Below, piece after piece: positions 1-10,415 of a stretch of DNA of 64,000 nucleotides. The notes below the pieces were generated by a model. The model worked only from the letters and a program-made list of their open reading frames with translations. It ran no database searches and was not told the DNA's origin. This stretch comes from a virus. The stretch is from IMG/VR virus record IMGVR_UViG_3300040801_002513, positions 2,318 through 66,317 of that record; one strand, given 5' to 3'. Position 1 is the stretch's first letter; each line of letters opens with the position of its first letter. The position numbers and the translations under genes were made by a program.

Positions 1-2449
1 GTTTAACACTTTCTTTTAACCATTTAGCTATATCCTGAGTCAACGCTTGTTTGTTATCTGGGGTCTGCTTGGATAACTTTTTAGTGTACTCATCTAATAA
101 AGCTGAAGGAGAAGCCTCTCGGACCCCTTTACCTAATATACTTTCAAGCTTTTTGACATCTACAATGTCCATTGTCCATTGTTTGCCTTGTTGCTTAAAG
201 GCTCTATGGCTGCCCTTTTTTGCGTCGCCTCTTTCAACTATTTGCCAATCCTGGTAACGCTCTTCTATTGGTTTCCCGGTTTTTTTACTTATAATAGGAT
301 TACCTTTAGCATCTGTTTTATACTTAGGCTTAAAAGCTTCTTTAGCTTGGGTGTATATGGTAGATTGTAGCTCATCTAAAGATCTAGCTAGCCGCTCCAT
401 ATTATTATAAACTTTAGTCTCATATTCATTCTTTCCAGAAGCTCTGTCTTGATAAGTAGCTGTAGGTAAAATAACCTCTGGTTTATATATAATAGGTATA
501 GTAGCAGCTTTACTTTTGAATTCTGCTGTACTTGTAGGAGGTGCCCCTGCGCTATCCTTACGTTGCCTAGTAAGCTCTTCAGTAGCAGCATTATTACTCT
601 GAATAGCATTATTAAGCTCTTGAATAAGACTTTTTATTTGAGGGACTAACTGAAGAACTTCTTTTTTACTTGTACCTGCCATACCAGAAGAATCTACGTC
701 TTTAATTTCTAGCTTAGACAGTTTGTTGAAGAAATTATCTAATTTACCCTCAATAGGCTTAGTAATAATATCAGACCTAGGGTCTAAGTCTTTATTGGCA
801 GCTTTTTTAGTAGTACGTGCCTCTTCTTTTCGGTCCATAACACTATGGAGAGAATTTAATCTTGCGTATAAAGAATTAATGGCCTGCTCTAAAGATTTTA
901 CTTCTTTAGTTAAATTATCCTTACCTCTGCTTGTTATCTGTGTTCCATTATGATCTTTACCAGAATCTAAAGATTGCTGCTTTTTAGTTAAAGAAGTTAC
1001 CTTCTTTTCTATCTCTGCCCCTATAGACGCGCTTACCATGTCAAAATTACGCACTAACTTGGTTAATTTACTCTCTAATTCAACAAGTGCAGAACTATCT
1101 ATACCTAATTTTAGACCTTCTTTACCTTGTTTTTTTAACAGCGCTATACTATGAAGTATCTGCTCTACAGACTGGGAATCAACATCTATACCTAAAGTCA
1201 TAAGCTGATCTTTAGATAGGTCACTGAGCTCTTTCTTTACTTTACCAGAGTCTAATTGTACCCCAATGGTAGTTGTTTGATCTTGTGTTATACCATCTAA
1301 AACTTGTTGTGCTTCCTTATCTCCTGTTACTTTTAAACGTACTTCTATTGTTTGGGCACCTTTTAGTAAATCTACTACACTGCGCAAGTCTTCTATACTT
1401 TTCTTTACATCTACAAGTTTAGGTAATTTAACTTCAGTTACAGAAACGTCTTGTACTTGTTTTGAAGTACTTCCTACAGTCTTTATAAGTTTATCTAATT
1501 CTGGGGAATTGTTAGTTGATTTCATGCTGGAAAGTTCAGACATGAAAGACTTAAGGACTTTAGTGAACTCTTGAATATTACCTTCTAGTTTAGAAGAATC
1601 AAAAGTGTTATTTATAGTAGCACCTTGAGAATTTTTATTATAAGAATTTACAGAAGTACTTAACAGAGATACTACTTTTGTCAATAACTGTTTTACGTCG
1701 TTATCTGATTTTGTAGAAGCTTCTCTTACGTTTTTATTTAATGATGCATTTAATTTTTGAAGTTCTTTGGTTATTTCAGAAGATATACCTAAATCACTTT
1801 GCTTGGATATACTCTTTACATTGCTGATGGTACCTTTAGCGGAAGAAACTTTATTAACTACTGCATTCAAAGCAGCAACCACTGCTTGCATATCAGAGTC
1901 TTTATTTTGTGATTTGACTGCCTCTAGTAGTTTAGGGAGTACTGACATATCCCTATTCAAAGCTGATAACTCTTTAACTACTTTAGACATATCTACTACT
2001 TGCTGGGTAGGAATAGCAGCAGCTATGTCACTCACCATACGTTTTACATTTATAGAACTTCCTTGGGCGGCGGCAGGGAGATTTTTAGCTAAACCTTCTT
2101 TTAATGCTTTAGTTATTGCGGCCTCTATATTTTTGGTATCTACTTTTACATCTGGTGAAGACGCACTATTAATGGCTTTCTCTAAAGACTTCCCTAGGTC
2201 ACTAGCTAAAGTCTTAGTTGCCTTTTGAATATCAACTCCGCCATTTTTGGCCTTACTACGTGATACTCCATTACTTAAAGCCGAACTTATAGCCTTACTA
2301 ATAGAATTTTCCATAGTTTTTAGGGATCTACTCAAAGCCTGTTCAATGGTCTTACTTATGGCAGATGTGTCCACTTGCTGAGCTTTAGTGGAGCCTAGGA
2401 CTCTTGAGTCTTCTTTATTCTGAATAGTGATTTTATATTCGCCAGCCAA
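1..2449 (-). CDS. Tape measure-like giant tail protein, N-terminal part (runs off window start)
   Basis: Not in the ORF track because there is no stop in the window. TTG start at 2449 after a GGGGGA RBS gives MAGEYKITIQNKEDSRVLGSTKAQQ..., and the frame is still open at base 1. K/S/A-rich helical sequence directly downstream of tail chaperones and the major tail gene. Confidence 0.7.
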   Translation of the reverse strand, partial: MAGEYKITIQNKEDSRVLGSTKAQQVDTSAISKTIEQALSRSLKTMENSISKAISSALSNGVSRSKAKNGGVDIQKATKTLASDLGKSLEKAINSASSPDVKVDTKNIEAAITKALKEGLAKNLPAAAQGSSINVKRMVSDIAAAIPTQQVVDMSKVVKELSALNRDMSVLPKLLEAVKSQNKDSDMQAVVAALNAVVNKVSSAKGTISNVKSISKQSDLGISSEITKELQKLNASLNKNVREASTKSDNDVKQLLTKVVSLLSTSVNSYNKNSQGATINNTFDSSKLEGNIQEFTKVLKSFMSELSSMKSTNNSPELDKLIKTVGSTSKQVQDVSVTEVKLPKLVDVKKSIEDLRSVVDLLKGAQTIEVRLKVTGDKEAQQVLDGITQDQTTTIGVQLDSGKVKKELSDLSKDQLMTLGIDVDSQSVEQILHSIALLKKQGKEGLKLGIDSSALVELESKLTKLVRNFDMVSASIGAEIEKKVTSLTKKQQSLDSGKDHNGTQITSRGKDNLTKEVKSLEQAINSLYARLNSLHSVMDRKEEARTTKKAANKDLDPRSDIITKPIEGKLDNFFNKLSKLEIKDVDSSGMAGTSKKEVLQLVPQIKSLIQELNNAIQSNNAATEELTRQRKDSAGAPPTSTAEFKSKAATIPIIYKPEVILPTATYQDRASGKNEYETKVYNNMERLARSLDELQSTIYTQAKEAFKPKYKTDAKGNPIISKKTGKPIEERYQDWQIVERGDAKKGSHRAFKQQGKQWTMDIVDVKKLESILGKGVREASPSALLDEYTKKLSKQTPDNKQALTQDIAKWLKESVK

Positions 2450-2453
2450 TAGA

Positions 2454-3464
2454 TTATCCCCCTACGGTTCTTTTCTTAATGTCCGCCCTGTCTTTAACTT
2501 TTTGGGCTTCCTTGGGTTTATCATACGTAATATCTTGGTACAGTTCGTTAGACCTTGTTACAATGACCTCTTCTGAGTCAAAAGCTGATAAAGTTCCTTT
2601 GTGCTTTATTTTTCTCTCTTTATTTATAGAAGTTTCATTATTCATCTCATTGTAGTAATCTTCCATGAACTTATCTAAGAGTTCATCATCATTTATTACA
2701 TTATCGGAGGGCCTATCATTGGGCATCATTGAGTAGATCTGGTCATAGTAGTTAGACCAATATACTAAATTAAGCTGGTCAACACTATAATCAACAGCGG
2801 GAATTCCTAATAAGGTGTCCGAAGTTTTCATACTATTATTATACCTTATTCTCCATAAGGTACTTCTAGCTATAAATCTTATTACTGATATATCTATACC
2901 CCGTATAAAATTTACGTAAGCAGAAAGTATTTTAGTTTTTAAACTATCATCCTTCTCATGTATAAAATCTTCGTAAGTACTCCAGTACTTATTACCAGAA
3001 CTGTCATAAGTACATTCGTAGCAATTAAAATTATTTACTTCTTCTTCCGCTTTAGTTTCAGCAGACATGTACAACTTTGAATATTTTTTATAAAGCAGTG
3101 TAGATATTTGTTCGTTTAAATCTGTTATAATTTTTCTAATTCTTTCTTGATTAGCTTTTACTTTTAAAGTTTTTTTCAGAACAACCTCTTGTGCTTTTAC
3201 CTGAGATTGTAATTTAGCTACTTTATTAGTATCGTCTTCGCTAAATATCCCTCTTGCCAATATTATGTCTTCGAGATCTTTCTTAGGTAATAAGCCCTCA
3301 GCTAACGCTTTCTCAAAAGCTTCTTCGTAAATTAATTTAGACTTTACCTTAATCTCATTACTTGGGTGGTAAATATAAATAAACTCATTTTTGAAGCGTA
3401 AAAAAGTTTTTCCAAGGGCTATCTTACTAATTACTAGATCTGTCTCTTCATAGGTCAATTCCAT
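2454..3464 (-). CDS. Putative tail assembly chaperone / pre-tape-measure protein
   Basis: 336 aa; lies between the major tail gene and tape measure; shares sequence style with the upstream 247-aa ORF. Confidence 0.5.
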   Translation of the reverse strand: MELTYEETDLVISKIALGKTFLRFKNEFIYIYHPSNEIKVKSKLIYEEAFEKALAEGLLPKKDLEDIILARGIFSEDDTNKVAKLQSQVKAQEVVLKKTLKVKANQERIRKIITDLNEQISTLLYKKYSKLYMSAETKAEEEVNNFNCYECTYDSSGNKYWSTYEDFIHEKDDSLKTKILSAYVNFIRGIDISVIRFIARSTLWRIRYNNSMKTSDTLLGIPAVDYSVDQLNLVYWSNYYDQIYSMMPNDRPSDNVINDDELLDKFMEDYYNEMNNETSINKERKIKHKGTLSAFDSEEVIVTRSNELYQDITYDKPKEAQKVKDRADIKKRTVGG

Positions 3465-3508
3465 AGAAGTAAGGCGTGAGCAGTAGTCTGCCCACGCCTA
3501 GCCCATTA

Positions 3509-4252
3509 TTAGTCAGTTTTCTTAGTATCTTTAGTTCTACGAGATGCCGGCTTTTTCTTAACTTCCAGGGCTTTTTCTTCAGCCTTTTCTTCTTCGACTT
3601 CTTTTGCCATATCTGCTATTTCTTTTATAACTTCTACAGAAGCTTCTGCTTCTAGCTCTTTCATAGCTTTAGCTTCGGGGGTATTATCTAGGAAATCACT
3701 ATCTAAACCTTGCAAGTACAACATGATTTCAAAACGTGCTTGCTGAGCTAAAGACTGTACCTTCTCTGTAAGATAAGTATTATAGTCTGGCCATATATTT
3801 TTACCAAACTCATCTACTACTAATCTTGAGGTTAAGAACTCTAATCTGGCATCATCAGCCATCTGCTCGCAAGTATTACCTAGTGGGGCATTTAAACGTT
3901 GGTTCCATTGGAATAATTCTTCTCTAGCTACAGCCACTTGTACAGCTAGTTCTGCTTTCTCTTCAGAATTTTTTGCCTCTGATAAAGCAGACACTTTAGC
4001 ACCTAACTCAGAAGAAAGTTCATTAGACCGCTGTTCAAACTCTGGGCCTATGATACCTCGTCTCATTAGAATATCTGTCATCTCAGCTGTAGTTGTAATA
4101 CCAGCAACCAGACTTTTGGTGTAGGACTTACTATACTCCCAGTCAGCCCCTCTGATATCTTCTGCGGTAGGAGAAACAATGTAGTAAGTTGTTTCTGTAT
4201 TTGCATTAAAAAACGATCTTAAATCTTCTTTACTAAATTCTTTATTTTCCAT
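3509..4252 (-). CDS. Putative tail assembly chaperone
   Basis: 247 aa, acidic and helical, GGAG RBS, synteny. Confidence 0.5.
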   Translation of the reverse strand: MENKEFSKEDLRSFFNANTETTYYIVSPTAEDIRGADWEYSKSYTKSLVAGITTTAEMTDILMRRGIIGPEFEQRSNELSSELGAKVSALSEAKNSEEKAELAVQVAVAREELFQWNQRLNAPLGNTCEQMADDARLEFLTSRLVVDEFGKNIWPDYNTYLTEKVQSLAQQARFEIMLYLQGLDSDFLDNTPEAKAMKELEAEASVEVIKEIADMAKEVEEEKAEEKALEVKKKPASRRTKDTKKTD

Positions 4253-4262
4253 ATCCAGCTCC

Positions 4263-4505
4263 TTATCTATTCTTAAATTCTATGACATCTTCAGTTCTCT
4301 CTACGAGTTCAATCTCATAGTTACTTAATTCTGAAGCTATCGTCCTGATACAATCGTTGCCAACACGTAAGATCTTACCTCTAAGTACCGAAAATCGGTC
4401 CTTCTCTGAAACAGCTATTGATGTATAATCTAGTACTGATTCAAATAACTTAGTAACTTCTTTACGCATTACATCTTCCAAGTGCTTCCTTCCGGCTTCG
4501 TCCAT
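4263..4505 (-). CDS. Hypothetical protein
   Basis: 80 aa with a strong AAGGAGG RBS. Confidence 0.7.
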   Translation of the reverse strand: MDEAGRKHLEDVMRKEVTKLFESVLDYTSIAVSEKDRFSVLRGKILRVGNDCIRTIASELSNYEIELVERTEDVIEFKNR

Positions 4506-4577
4506 AATTCCTCCTTAATCCTAGCCTTAATAAATATGTACCTTAAACCTACTATTATATAGTCAGTTTATTCAGAC

Positions 4578-4619
4578 AAAAAAAATGGTACTTACAGTGA
4601 TAACACCATAAGTACCATT
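4578..4619 (-). terminator. Intrinsic terminator after the major tail gene
   Basis: AATGGTACTTA/TAAGTACCATT stem followed by a T-run on the minus strand. Confidence 0.7.
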
Positions 4620-4647
4620 ATTACTATACAAACTTCAGTTAGAAATA

Positions 4648-6237
4648 TTAGCCAATTCTTCTAACTTTATTTCCGCTCGTAAGATTACCAATAGAAATAT
4701 CTCCTTTAACTGCGTAGAGATCATTAGTAGAACGGAAAGAGAAGGTCTGAGTTGCATTAGAACCCATATCCAAAGACATGCCTTCGTCTGTAATCTTAAT
4801 ATGCTCAACAATCATAGTCTTAAGAGCAACCTCTGTATCAGAAGCAGAGTATGTTCCCATAACACCGTCTAACCAGTAGTTCTGTCCAATAAGGTCAGAA
4901 CCTGCAGCGATTACGCGGTTAGATCCTGTACCACCAGCTTCTTCATCTGTCTGAGCGTAGACTTTTACAACTAGTTTTAAATCTTCAGAACCCATCAAAT
5001 CAGCAAGACCGATGTCGTCCAAAGTACCTGCGTCGAAATCTGCTAGCTTATCAGCAACCTTAGCCCAGTTTTCTAAGTCACCTGCTGTAGAGTCTACAGA
5101 TACGGTTAAAGGTACAGGAAGAGTAAGAGGCCTATCATAAGGTGATAAGTGACCTAACTCCTGTAAAGGCTCACGTGTAAGGTCAGCAGAGATGGAAGTA
5201 CTTGTCAATCTCCAAGCGATATCGAAAGAAGTATCTGTATCCGATATAATATGAACTTCAACCTGGCCTTGACGTAATGCACCCAACATGTCAGGTTTAT
5301 TAACGTCGTCTAAAAGTGCAAAGTACTTATTAGAAGCACCTGACCCATAAGCATCGGCAGCGTAGATAACTTCAATGGAATCACCCTCTAGTATAGCTGC
5401 CCCTGTAGGGAAGTATATAGTGTGAGCAGAACCAGTGTCATGATAAACAAAAGTATCTAAAGCAGCTGCGACACCAGCAACAATTTCGATATTGGTCATC
5501 GTATTGTTAGCAACGTCATACCACGTAACAGCTGGTGCGCCAGCATCACTCTTTCTAAGGAAGCCAAGTCCAGTAGAAAGGGTAGCAATGTTAGCAGCAG
5601 CATCTAAGGTTAAGTCTACATCCCCGTCAGTGATATTCTGAGCAGTTAAAACATAGGAGTCTGAATTAACAAAACGTCCGTCATTTAACAACCACATTTT
5701 GTTATCAGTTTCCATACCGTAATTCTCTGTAGCGTTAGCTCCAGAAGAATAACTGAACTCCAGGCTGTTAACATAGACCTTATCCATGAAAAGTGTCTGG
5801 TCTATATTATCTGCCAAAGAACCTAGAGAACACTCCTCTTGTACAGGTGCCCATAAGGTAACTCCAGGAAGTGCTCCACAAGAAACAGCAAAGTCTGCAA
5901 CGCCCACACCGTGCAGGTAAGTACCTGTAGCAGATAGTGAAGCATCAACTACTTGTAAATTAGCGTTTGTTCCTGACGCGGTTGCGTTCATAGCACGTCT
6001 TGCTGGTAGAACCTGAGCAAGAGTTGCCATTGTAGTTACATCACCAAAGTCATTAGTATTCAAAGTGACTGCGACAGAAGGTACATCATCAACAACGTCG
6101 ATAATGTCCAAGTGACCCAGTTCGAAAATATCTTCACTAGTAAAGGTAGTTGTACTACCTAGGGATTGTACTCTATAGAGTAAATCTCCGTTGCACCACA
6201 CACTTTGTGATGCGTAAATTATTCTATTTCTAGCCAT
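4648..6237 (-). CDS. Major tail (tube) protein
   Basis: 529 aa starting MARNRIIYASQSV; acidic, G/A/S/T-rich structural composition; strong RBS and own terminator; precedes chaperones and tape measure. Confidence 0.7.
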   Translation of the reverse strand: MARNRIIYASQSVWCNGDLLYRVQSLGSTTTFTSEDIFELGHLDIIDVVDDVPSVAVTLNTNDFGDVTTMATLAQVLPARRAMNATASGTNANLQVVDASLSATGTYLHGVGVADFAVSCGALPGVTLWAPVQEECSLGSLADNIDQTLFMDKVYVNSLEFSYSSGANATENYGMETDNKMWLLNDGRFVNSDSYVLTAQNITDGDVDLTLDAAANIATLSTGLGFLRKSDAGAPAVTWYDVANNTMTNIEIVAGVAAALDTFVYHDTGSAHTIYFPTGAAILEGDSIEVIYAADAYGSGASNKYFALLDDVNKPDMLGALRQGQVEVHIISDTDTSFDIAWRLTSTSISADLTREPLQELGHLSPYDRPLTLPVPLTVSVDSTAGDLENWAKVADKLADFDAGTLDDIGLADLMGSEDLKLVVKVYAQTDEEAGGTGSNRVIAAGSDLIGQNYWLDGVMGTYSASDTEVALKTMIVEHIKITDEGMSLDMGSNATQTFSFRSTNDLYAVKGDISIGNLTSGNKVRRIG

Positions 6238-6320
6238 AATTGATCTCCTTAATCAAAATTTATAAATTTCAAAAAATCAGGTTAGTTTTTTTTATTGGCC
6301 TTTTCCTTTCAATATACTCC

Positions 6321-6333
6321 AGGTTAGTTAATT
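6321..6333 (-). promoter_or_regulatory. Candidate phage late-promoter motif (AATTAACTAACCT); representative of a recurring motif
   Basis: Similar TWAACTAACY motif in minus-strand intergenic regions at ~4561, 6279, 15876, 23918, 34182, 37164, 38656, 40367 and 61440. Confidence 0.45.
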
Positions 6334-6352
6334 ATTAGATAACTTACAGGGT

Positions 6353-7213
6353 CTAACCTTCATAAGTTGTCATATCAAAAGTTATCTTTGACCTATAAGC
6401 ATTTAAATCGGATAAGGCGACCTCGTCTTTGCCTTTTGACATAACAATAGGTAGACTTACGTGCTTCGTTACAACGTTCTCAAACCTCAAGTTACTTACA
6501 CCGCTGACAGTAGTTCTTATAAAAAAATTATCTGTTTTATCATCAGTGTATCTTCTACCTCTAAAAGTACCATCGAAATCTAAAACTGTACCCTCAGGAA
6601 AATCATAATACGGACAACTCTTTTGATATAAACCATCGTGTAAAACTTCCGCTAAATCATTTCTTTCTGCAGTTGATGAAGCAAATATAATTAAAGATAC
6701 TTTACGTTCAGTATATTTTCCTCCACCTAACTGAAATCCCTTTTTAACTGTACTATTTACATCTATTACTACTACTGGTGGTTTTGAAGCCGTTACAGCG
6801 CTCCATTCATCTACTAGACTAACGTAATGCCAATAGTAATCAATATAAGCAGGTTTTACATCTGGAGTAGTTATTATACGTCCAGTTATATAATCTACTA
6901 TATAACTATTATCGTCGATGACTGTTAAATCCTCATCATATAGATATACTCTATCTCTTTGCTCTGTGGTACCAGATATAGTTGTACAAACTAAAGGTAC
7001 TCCAGTAAGGTCGTCAAAATAAGCAAGGCCTCTACCATATTCAAAAGGATTAGGTTCCAAGTAAGTATCTATATCATATACAGCTTTTGAGTCCGAAGAT
7101 AATGAAGTAGAGTATACCAAGTTGTCCTTCTCTTGAAACTCTATAAAATCTTTTAGTATTATATCCTTTAAGTACAGGTATAAGCTAGAGTCTTCTTTCC
7201 TTAGTCTATACAT
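6353..7213 (-). CDS. Tail terminator / tail completion protein
   Basis: 286 aa immediately upstream of the major tail gene; motif GFQLGG...IFASSTAERNDLAEVL. Confidence 0.5.
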   Translation of the reverse strand: MYRLRKEDSSLYLYLKDIILKDFIEFQEKDNLVYSTSLSSDSKAVYDIDTYLEPNPFEYGRGLAYFDDLTGVPLVCTTISGTTEQRDRVYLYDEDLTVIDDNSYIVDYITGRIITTPDVKPAYIDYYWHYVSLVDEWSAVTASKPPVVVIDVNSTVKKGFQLGGGKYTERKVSLIIFASSTAERNDLAEVLHDGLYQKSCPYYDFPEGTVLDFDGTFRGRRYTDDKTDNFFIRTTVSGVSNLRFENVVTKHVSLPIVMSKGKDEVALSDLNAYRSKITFDMTTYEG

Positions 7214-7867
7214 TTAACGTATTCTCCTAGTAACTTCCTTTATAGAGCTGTCTATGGCTTTTTCTATTATAGTGTTCACGTTATCCTCAAAAAAAGCAAT
7301 CCCATCATCAAATAAATTTATAGGTGCTGAGTTAGAGAACGGGAATACTACCAACCTCTTACCTAAAATAGCTTCAACTATCTTATATAAAGTCCCCCTT
7401 GTATGTAGTAAATAAAAACGTAGTTCTCTAGGGGTGGAAGGGTCAAAAAATGGAGGTAAGTCCATTATAACTCTTTTTAGTTTATCATCTATATCTTTTT
7501 TCGACTTAAGTACATCGTAGTCTTCTTGTGGTAATTCTAAGTATTTACCAGCTATACCATGAACTAATAACTCTACAAAACGTAATCTACCCGCAAAATT
7601 AAAAGTATCTTCAGTAGGTATACGTAGTAGTAAATCATCCTCTTCATCTATATAACTAAAATTCTCTAAAGCCTGTTTATACTCATCATAAAAATAAATT
7701 GGTTTAGCCAAACTATCTTTATCTGTAACTATATTAGATAAGTCTGTGTCGTAGGTGTCTAAATACACCTCTATAAGATCGGGTAAAAACTTAGAAAGAC
7801 TTTTACTAGTATTTTTAGCAAAATTTCCTTCCAAGTCTCTACTTACTTGTTTACCTACCTTACCCAT
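7214..7867 (-). CDS. Putative neck/tail completion protein
   Basis: 217 aa; synteny within the head-tail joining block. Confidence 0.4.
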   Translation of the reverse strand: MGKVGKQVSRDLEGNFAKNTSKSLSKFLPDLIEVYLDTYDTDLSNIVTDKDSLAKPIYFYDEYKQALENFSYIDEEDDLLLRIPTEDTFNFAGRLRFVELLVHGIAGKYLELPQEDYDVLKSKKDIDDKLKRVIMDLPPFFDPSTPRELRFYLLHTRGTLYKIVEAILGKRLVVFPFSNSAPINLFDDGIAFFEDNVNTIIEKAIDSSIKEVTRRIR

Positions 7868-7873
7868 TACAAG

Positions 7874-8242
7874 TTAGTTAAACTTTATAATTACAGTAGG
7901 GGTGGGTAGACCACCAGTTACAGGTTCTATGTACTCAAAAGGAAACTCTGCTGAACGTCCAGACTCTTCTGTAGCATTATAAGCAGATAATGTGAACACA
8001 CTTCTACCGTTAGGAACCTCTAATATACCAGACCAGCTACGTGTTGTTGGATCTTCCATATCTACAGCCACTATTTCTGTGCCGTCTGGTAATTTATGGT
8101 ACAATTTGAACCCCGCTGTTTCCATAGCCGAAGTACCATTGTAAGCAAAGTTTATGGTTACATTTACTGGGGCCGCTGAACTATACGAAGCACAAGCTAA
8201 GATGAATAAACTTATTATGAACAAACTTAAGTTTTTAATCAT
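7874..8242 (-). CDS. Secreted single Fn3/Ig-like domain protein
   Basis: Signal peptide, then GFKLY...FTLSAY...ESGRS; similar to 39505-39870 and 39873-40328. Confidence 0.55.
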   Translation of the reverse strand: MIKNLSLFIISLFILACASYSSAAPVNVTINFAYNGTSAMETAGFKLYHKLPDGTEIVAVDMEDPTTRSWSGILEVPNGRSVFTLSAYNATEESGRSAEFPFEYIEPVTGGLPTPTVIIKFN

Positions 8243-8260
8243 TTTATTTCTCCTGCATTA

Positions 8261-8845
8261 TTAATAATCTTTTAATTGTTCTTCTCTATCTATACGTGGC
8301 TTCTCTGTGGTAAATGCTGTTACAATCATCAGAGATTTGTTGCCTAATCCACGTAATGTAGGTAGTTTTGATAGTTTACATTCTATCCCATCTACTCGTA
8401 TAGAACTACAGTTTTTAAATACCTCAAAATACTTAGGATCTACTTTTAATTCTATTATCGTACTACCCTCTACGCCAGCTGCTGTATAAGTTAAATCAGA
8501 ATTAGCGTCTGGTGCCCAAGTAATTTTACAGTCAATCCAAACCTTACGTACAGTTTCCAAGTAACCTTGTCCTTTACATACGGGACATCTTCCTCTAGAA
8601 AAGTATTTATACCTAAGACCTATACCTCCAGCATTAATATACTCTTGTTGCTTTTGTGTAGCCTCTTGGATAGTCCATTTACACTCATTGGTACTGGTAT
8701 CCGTAAGCTTATCATAATAACAATTAAAGCACTCATACTTAGCGGGTTGCTTAAAAACTTCTATGGGCCTACCAAGGTCTTTAATTACACTGTTAATTCT
8801 TTTTTTGTAATTACGCTTGGTCTTATCACTTATTCTTTTTCTCAT
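8261..8845 (-). CDS. Head closure / head-tail joining protein with CxxC motifs
   Basis: 194 aa with CFNC and CPVCKGQG; synteny. Confidence 0.5.
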   Translation of the reverse strand: MRKRISDKTKRNYKKRINSVIKDLGRPIEVFKQPAKYECFNCYYDKLTDTSTNECKWTIQEATQKQQEYINAGGIGLRYKYFSRGRCPVCKGQGYLETVRKVWIDCKITWAPDANSDLTYTAAGVEGSTIIELKVDPKYFEVFKNCSSIRVDGIECKLSKLPTLRGLGNKSLMIVTAFTTEKPRIDREEQLKDY

Positions 8846-8860
8846 AATAGTATACTCGAC

Positions 8861-9814
8861 TTAGTCGATTCTAACTCCACCGATGCCCAGGAGTCTTACG
8901 GATTTTATAGCGTCATCTAATCTTTTACGTAACTTTGCTAACATCTTCTCCCTTTGATTCAGGCCGGGAGTAGGATTATAAGAATCCCTATCGTCGTCAA
9001 TTATTGCGCCATCCTCTGTTATAGCTTCCCAAGTTTCAGAACTTAATATATCATAGGCTGTTTGTAGCATATAAATCTCTGGTGTACAACTACTCTCACT
9101 CAAAGGCGTTGGTGGGAAACATGTGTCATATGCCTCCATAATTTGTCTATCACTATTCCTAAAAGTATAATACCACACATCTACTGCGTACTCTACTCCA
9201 GATACTGTGGTAACCGTGGTATCTATAGCTTCATTAAATCTAAGATATCTATACCCATTAACCGACGGGTCTGTTATATTATTATATTGTGTTCCATACA
9301 TATTTATACTACAAGGCCAACCATGTTCATCAAACTCAAATACCCTACCATCTGGGTGAATATTAGACTCCGCTTCTTGCCCAAATTGTCTATTTAACTC
9401 TATTGGGTCTCCAGTATAAAGTCTTATCTTATTTATGATTCTTTGTTCTGAGGTACCATAATTAATTTCTGGTGGATACACAGGGTTATAAAAGAAACTA
9501 CCTAATTCACCTTGTATGGGGTCTGACCAAGCACTTGAGGTAGACTCAGTCTCATTTACATATCTACTAATATACCAACTGTCAGTAGTACCGTCAGGAT
9601 CTACATAGTAGTATTGTGTATAACTAGAGGATAATAAAACATCACTCACACCATCTCTATTATTTATCTGGTCTATACCTAATATAGTAGCATAATTATT
9701 AATATCTACCGTTGCTGTGGGAGTCCCTATACCGCTGTAACGTCTGACTTGTACCCTACTAAAAACCTGAAGTACATCAGTTATATTATCTACTGTTATC
9801 GTTATATTTATCAT
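8861..9814 (-). CDS. Head-tail adaptor-like virion protein
   Basis: 317 aa; KIRLYTGD motif and C-terminal helix typical of connector proteins; synteny. Confidence 0.45.
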   Translation of the reverse strand: MINITITVDNITDVLQVFSRVQVRRYSGIGTPTATVDINNYATILGIDQINNRDGVSDVLLSSSYTQYYYVDPDGTTDSWYISRYVNETESTSSAWSDPIQGELGSFFYNPVYPPEINYGTSEQRIINKIRLYTGDPIELNRQFGQEAESNIHPDGRVFEFDEHGWPCSINMYGTQYNNITDPSVNGYRYLRFNEAIDTTVTTVSGVEYAVDVWYYTFRNSDRQIMEAYDTCFPPTPLSESSCTPEIYMLQTAYDILSSETWEAITEDGAIIDDDRDSYNPTPGLNQREKMLAKLRKRLDDAIKSVRLLGIGGVRID

Positions 9815-9906
9815 TTATATTTCCTATGTACTTTAATTTTATCTTTTATAGTAACTACTACTATAAGGAAGATAAATAATTAGTAGGGTATTCTTTCAAA
9901 TTTAAC

Positions 9907-10413
9907 TTATACACCTATTTCTGCTATTCTAGTATTACGTTCGTACATCCTTGTCCTATATTCTGTAGCTATTGTAGCAGCTATCAAAAGCGCATCTTCA
10001 AAACTTATATTCGCATGATTCACGTTATCTACATCCCAGAGAGTTACCGAGGTTTCCCCCTTATTTTGAGCCAGCGTTACCGCCCCACTTATAGCTGAAG
10101 CAGAACCATCACCACCAGTCCACAAAATACCGTTAACTTCTACTGGAGGATGCGTTAGATACTCGGATTTGATTTTATCAGTAAGTGCCTCCTGACGCTC
10201 ACTAATTCCAAGTGGTGTTCTTTCCCACCCTCCAAGTGCTGTATATGTATAATGTCCTATTTTGAAGTCTGCTGGGAAAGGGACTTCTATACTTTCAAAA
10301 TCATTTGATGTAACGGAAGCATTATTAAAAAATGGCCCAAACAGCCCTTCTTCTGTTAATGTTAAATCACCTACATAACGTACGATATTTGTGTCTTTTT
10401 CTACAATGATCAT
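9907..10413 (-). CDS. Fibre assembly chaperone (DUF4376-like)
   Basis: Follows a fibre gene; C-terminal VEVNGILWTGG...LWDVDN pattern. Confidence 0.5.
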   Translation of the reverse strand: MIIVEKDTNIVRYVGDLTLTEEGLFGPFFNNASVTSNDFESIEVPFPADFKIGHYTYTALGGWERTPLGISERQEALTDKIKSEYLTHPPVEVNGILWTGGDGSASAISGAVTLAQNKGETSVTLWDVDNVNHANISFEDALLIAATIATEYRTRMYERNTRIAEIGV

Positions 10414-10415
10414 AC

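Noticed and set aside
51-2228. Short ORFs in the track overlapping the tape measure gene
   Set aside because: Antisense or out-of-frame shadows of the long minus-strand ORF.
3465-3560. Programmed frameshift between tail chaperones
   Set aside because: No clear slippery heptamer; the downstream ORF has its own ATG after an intergenic hairpin.
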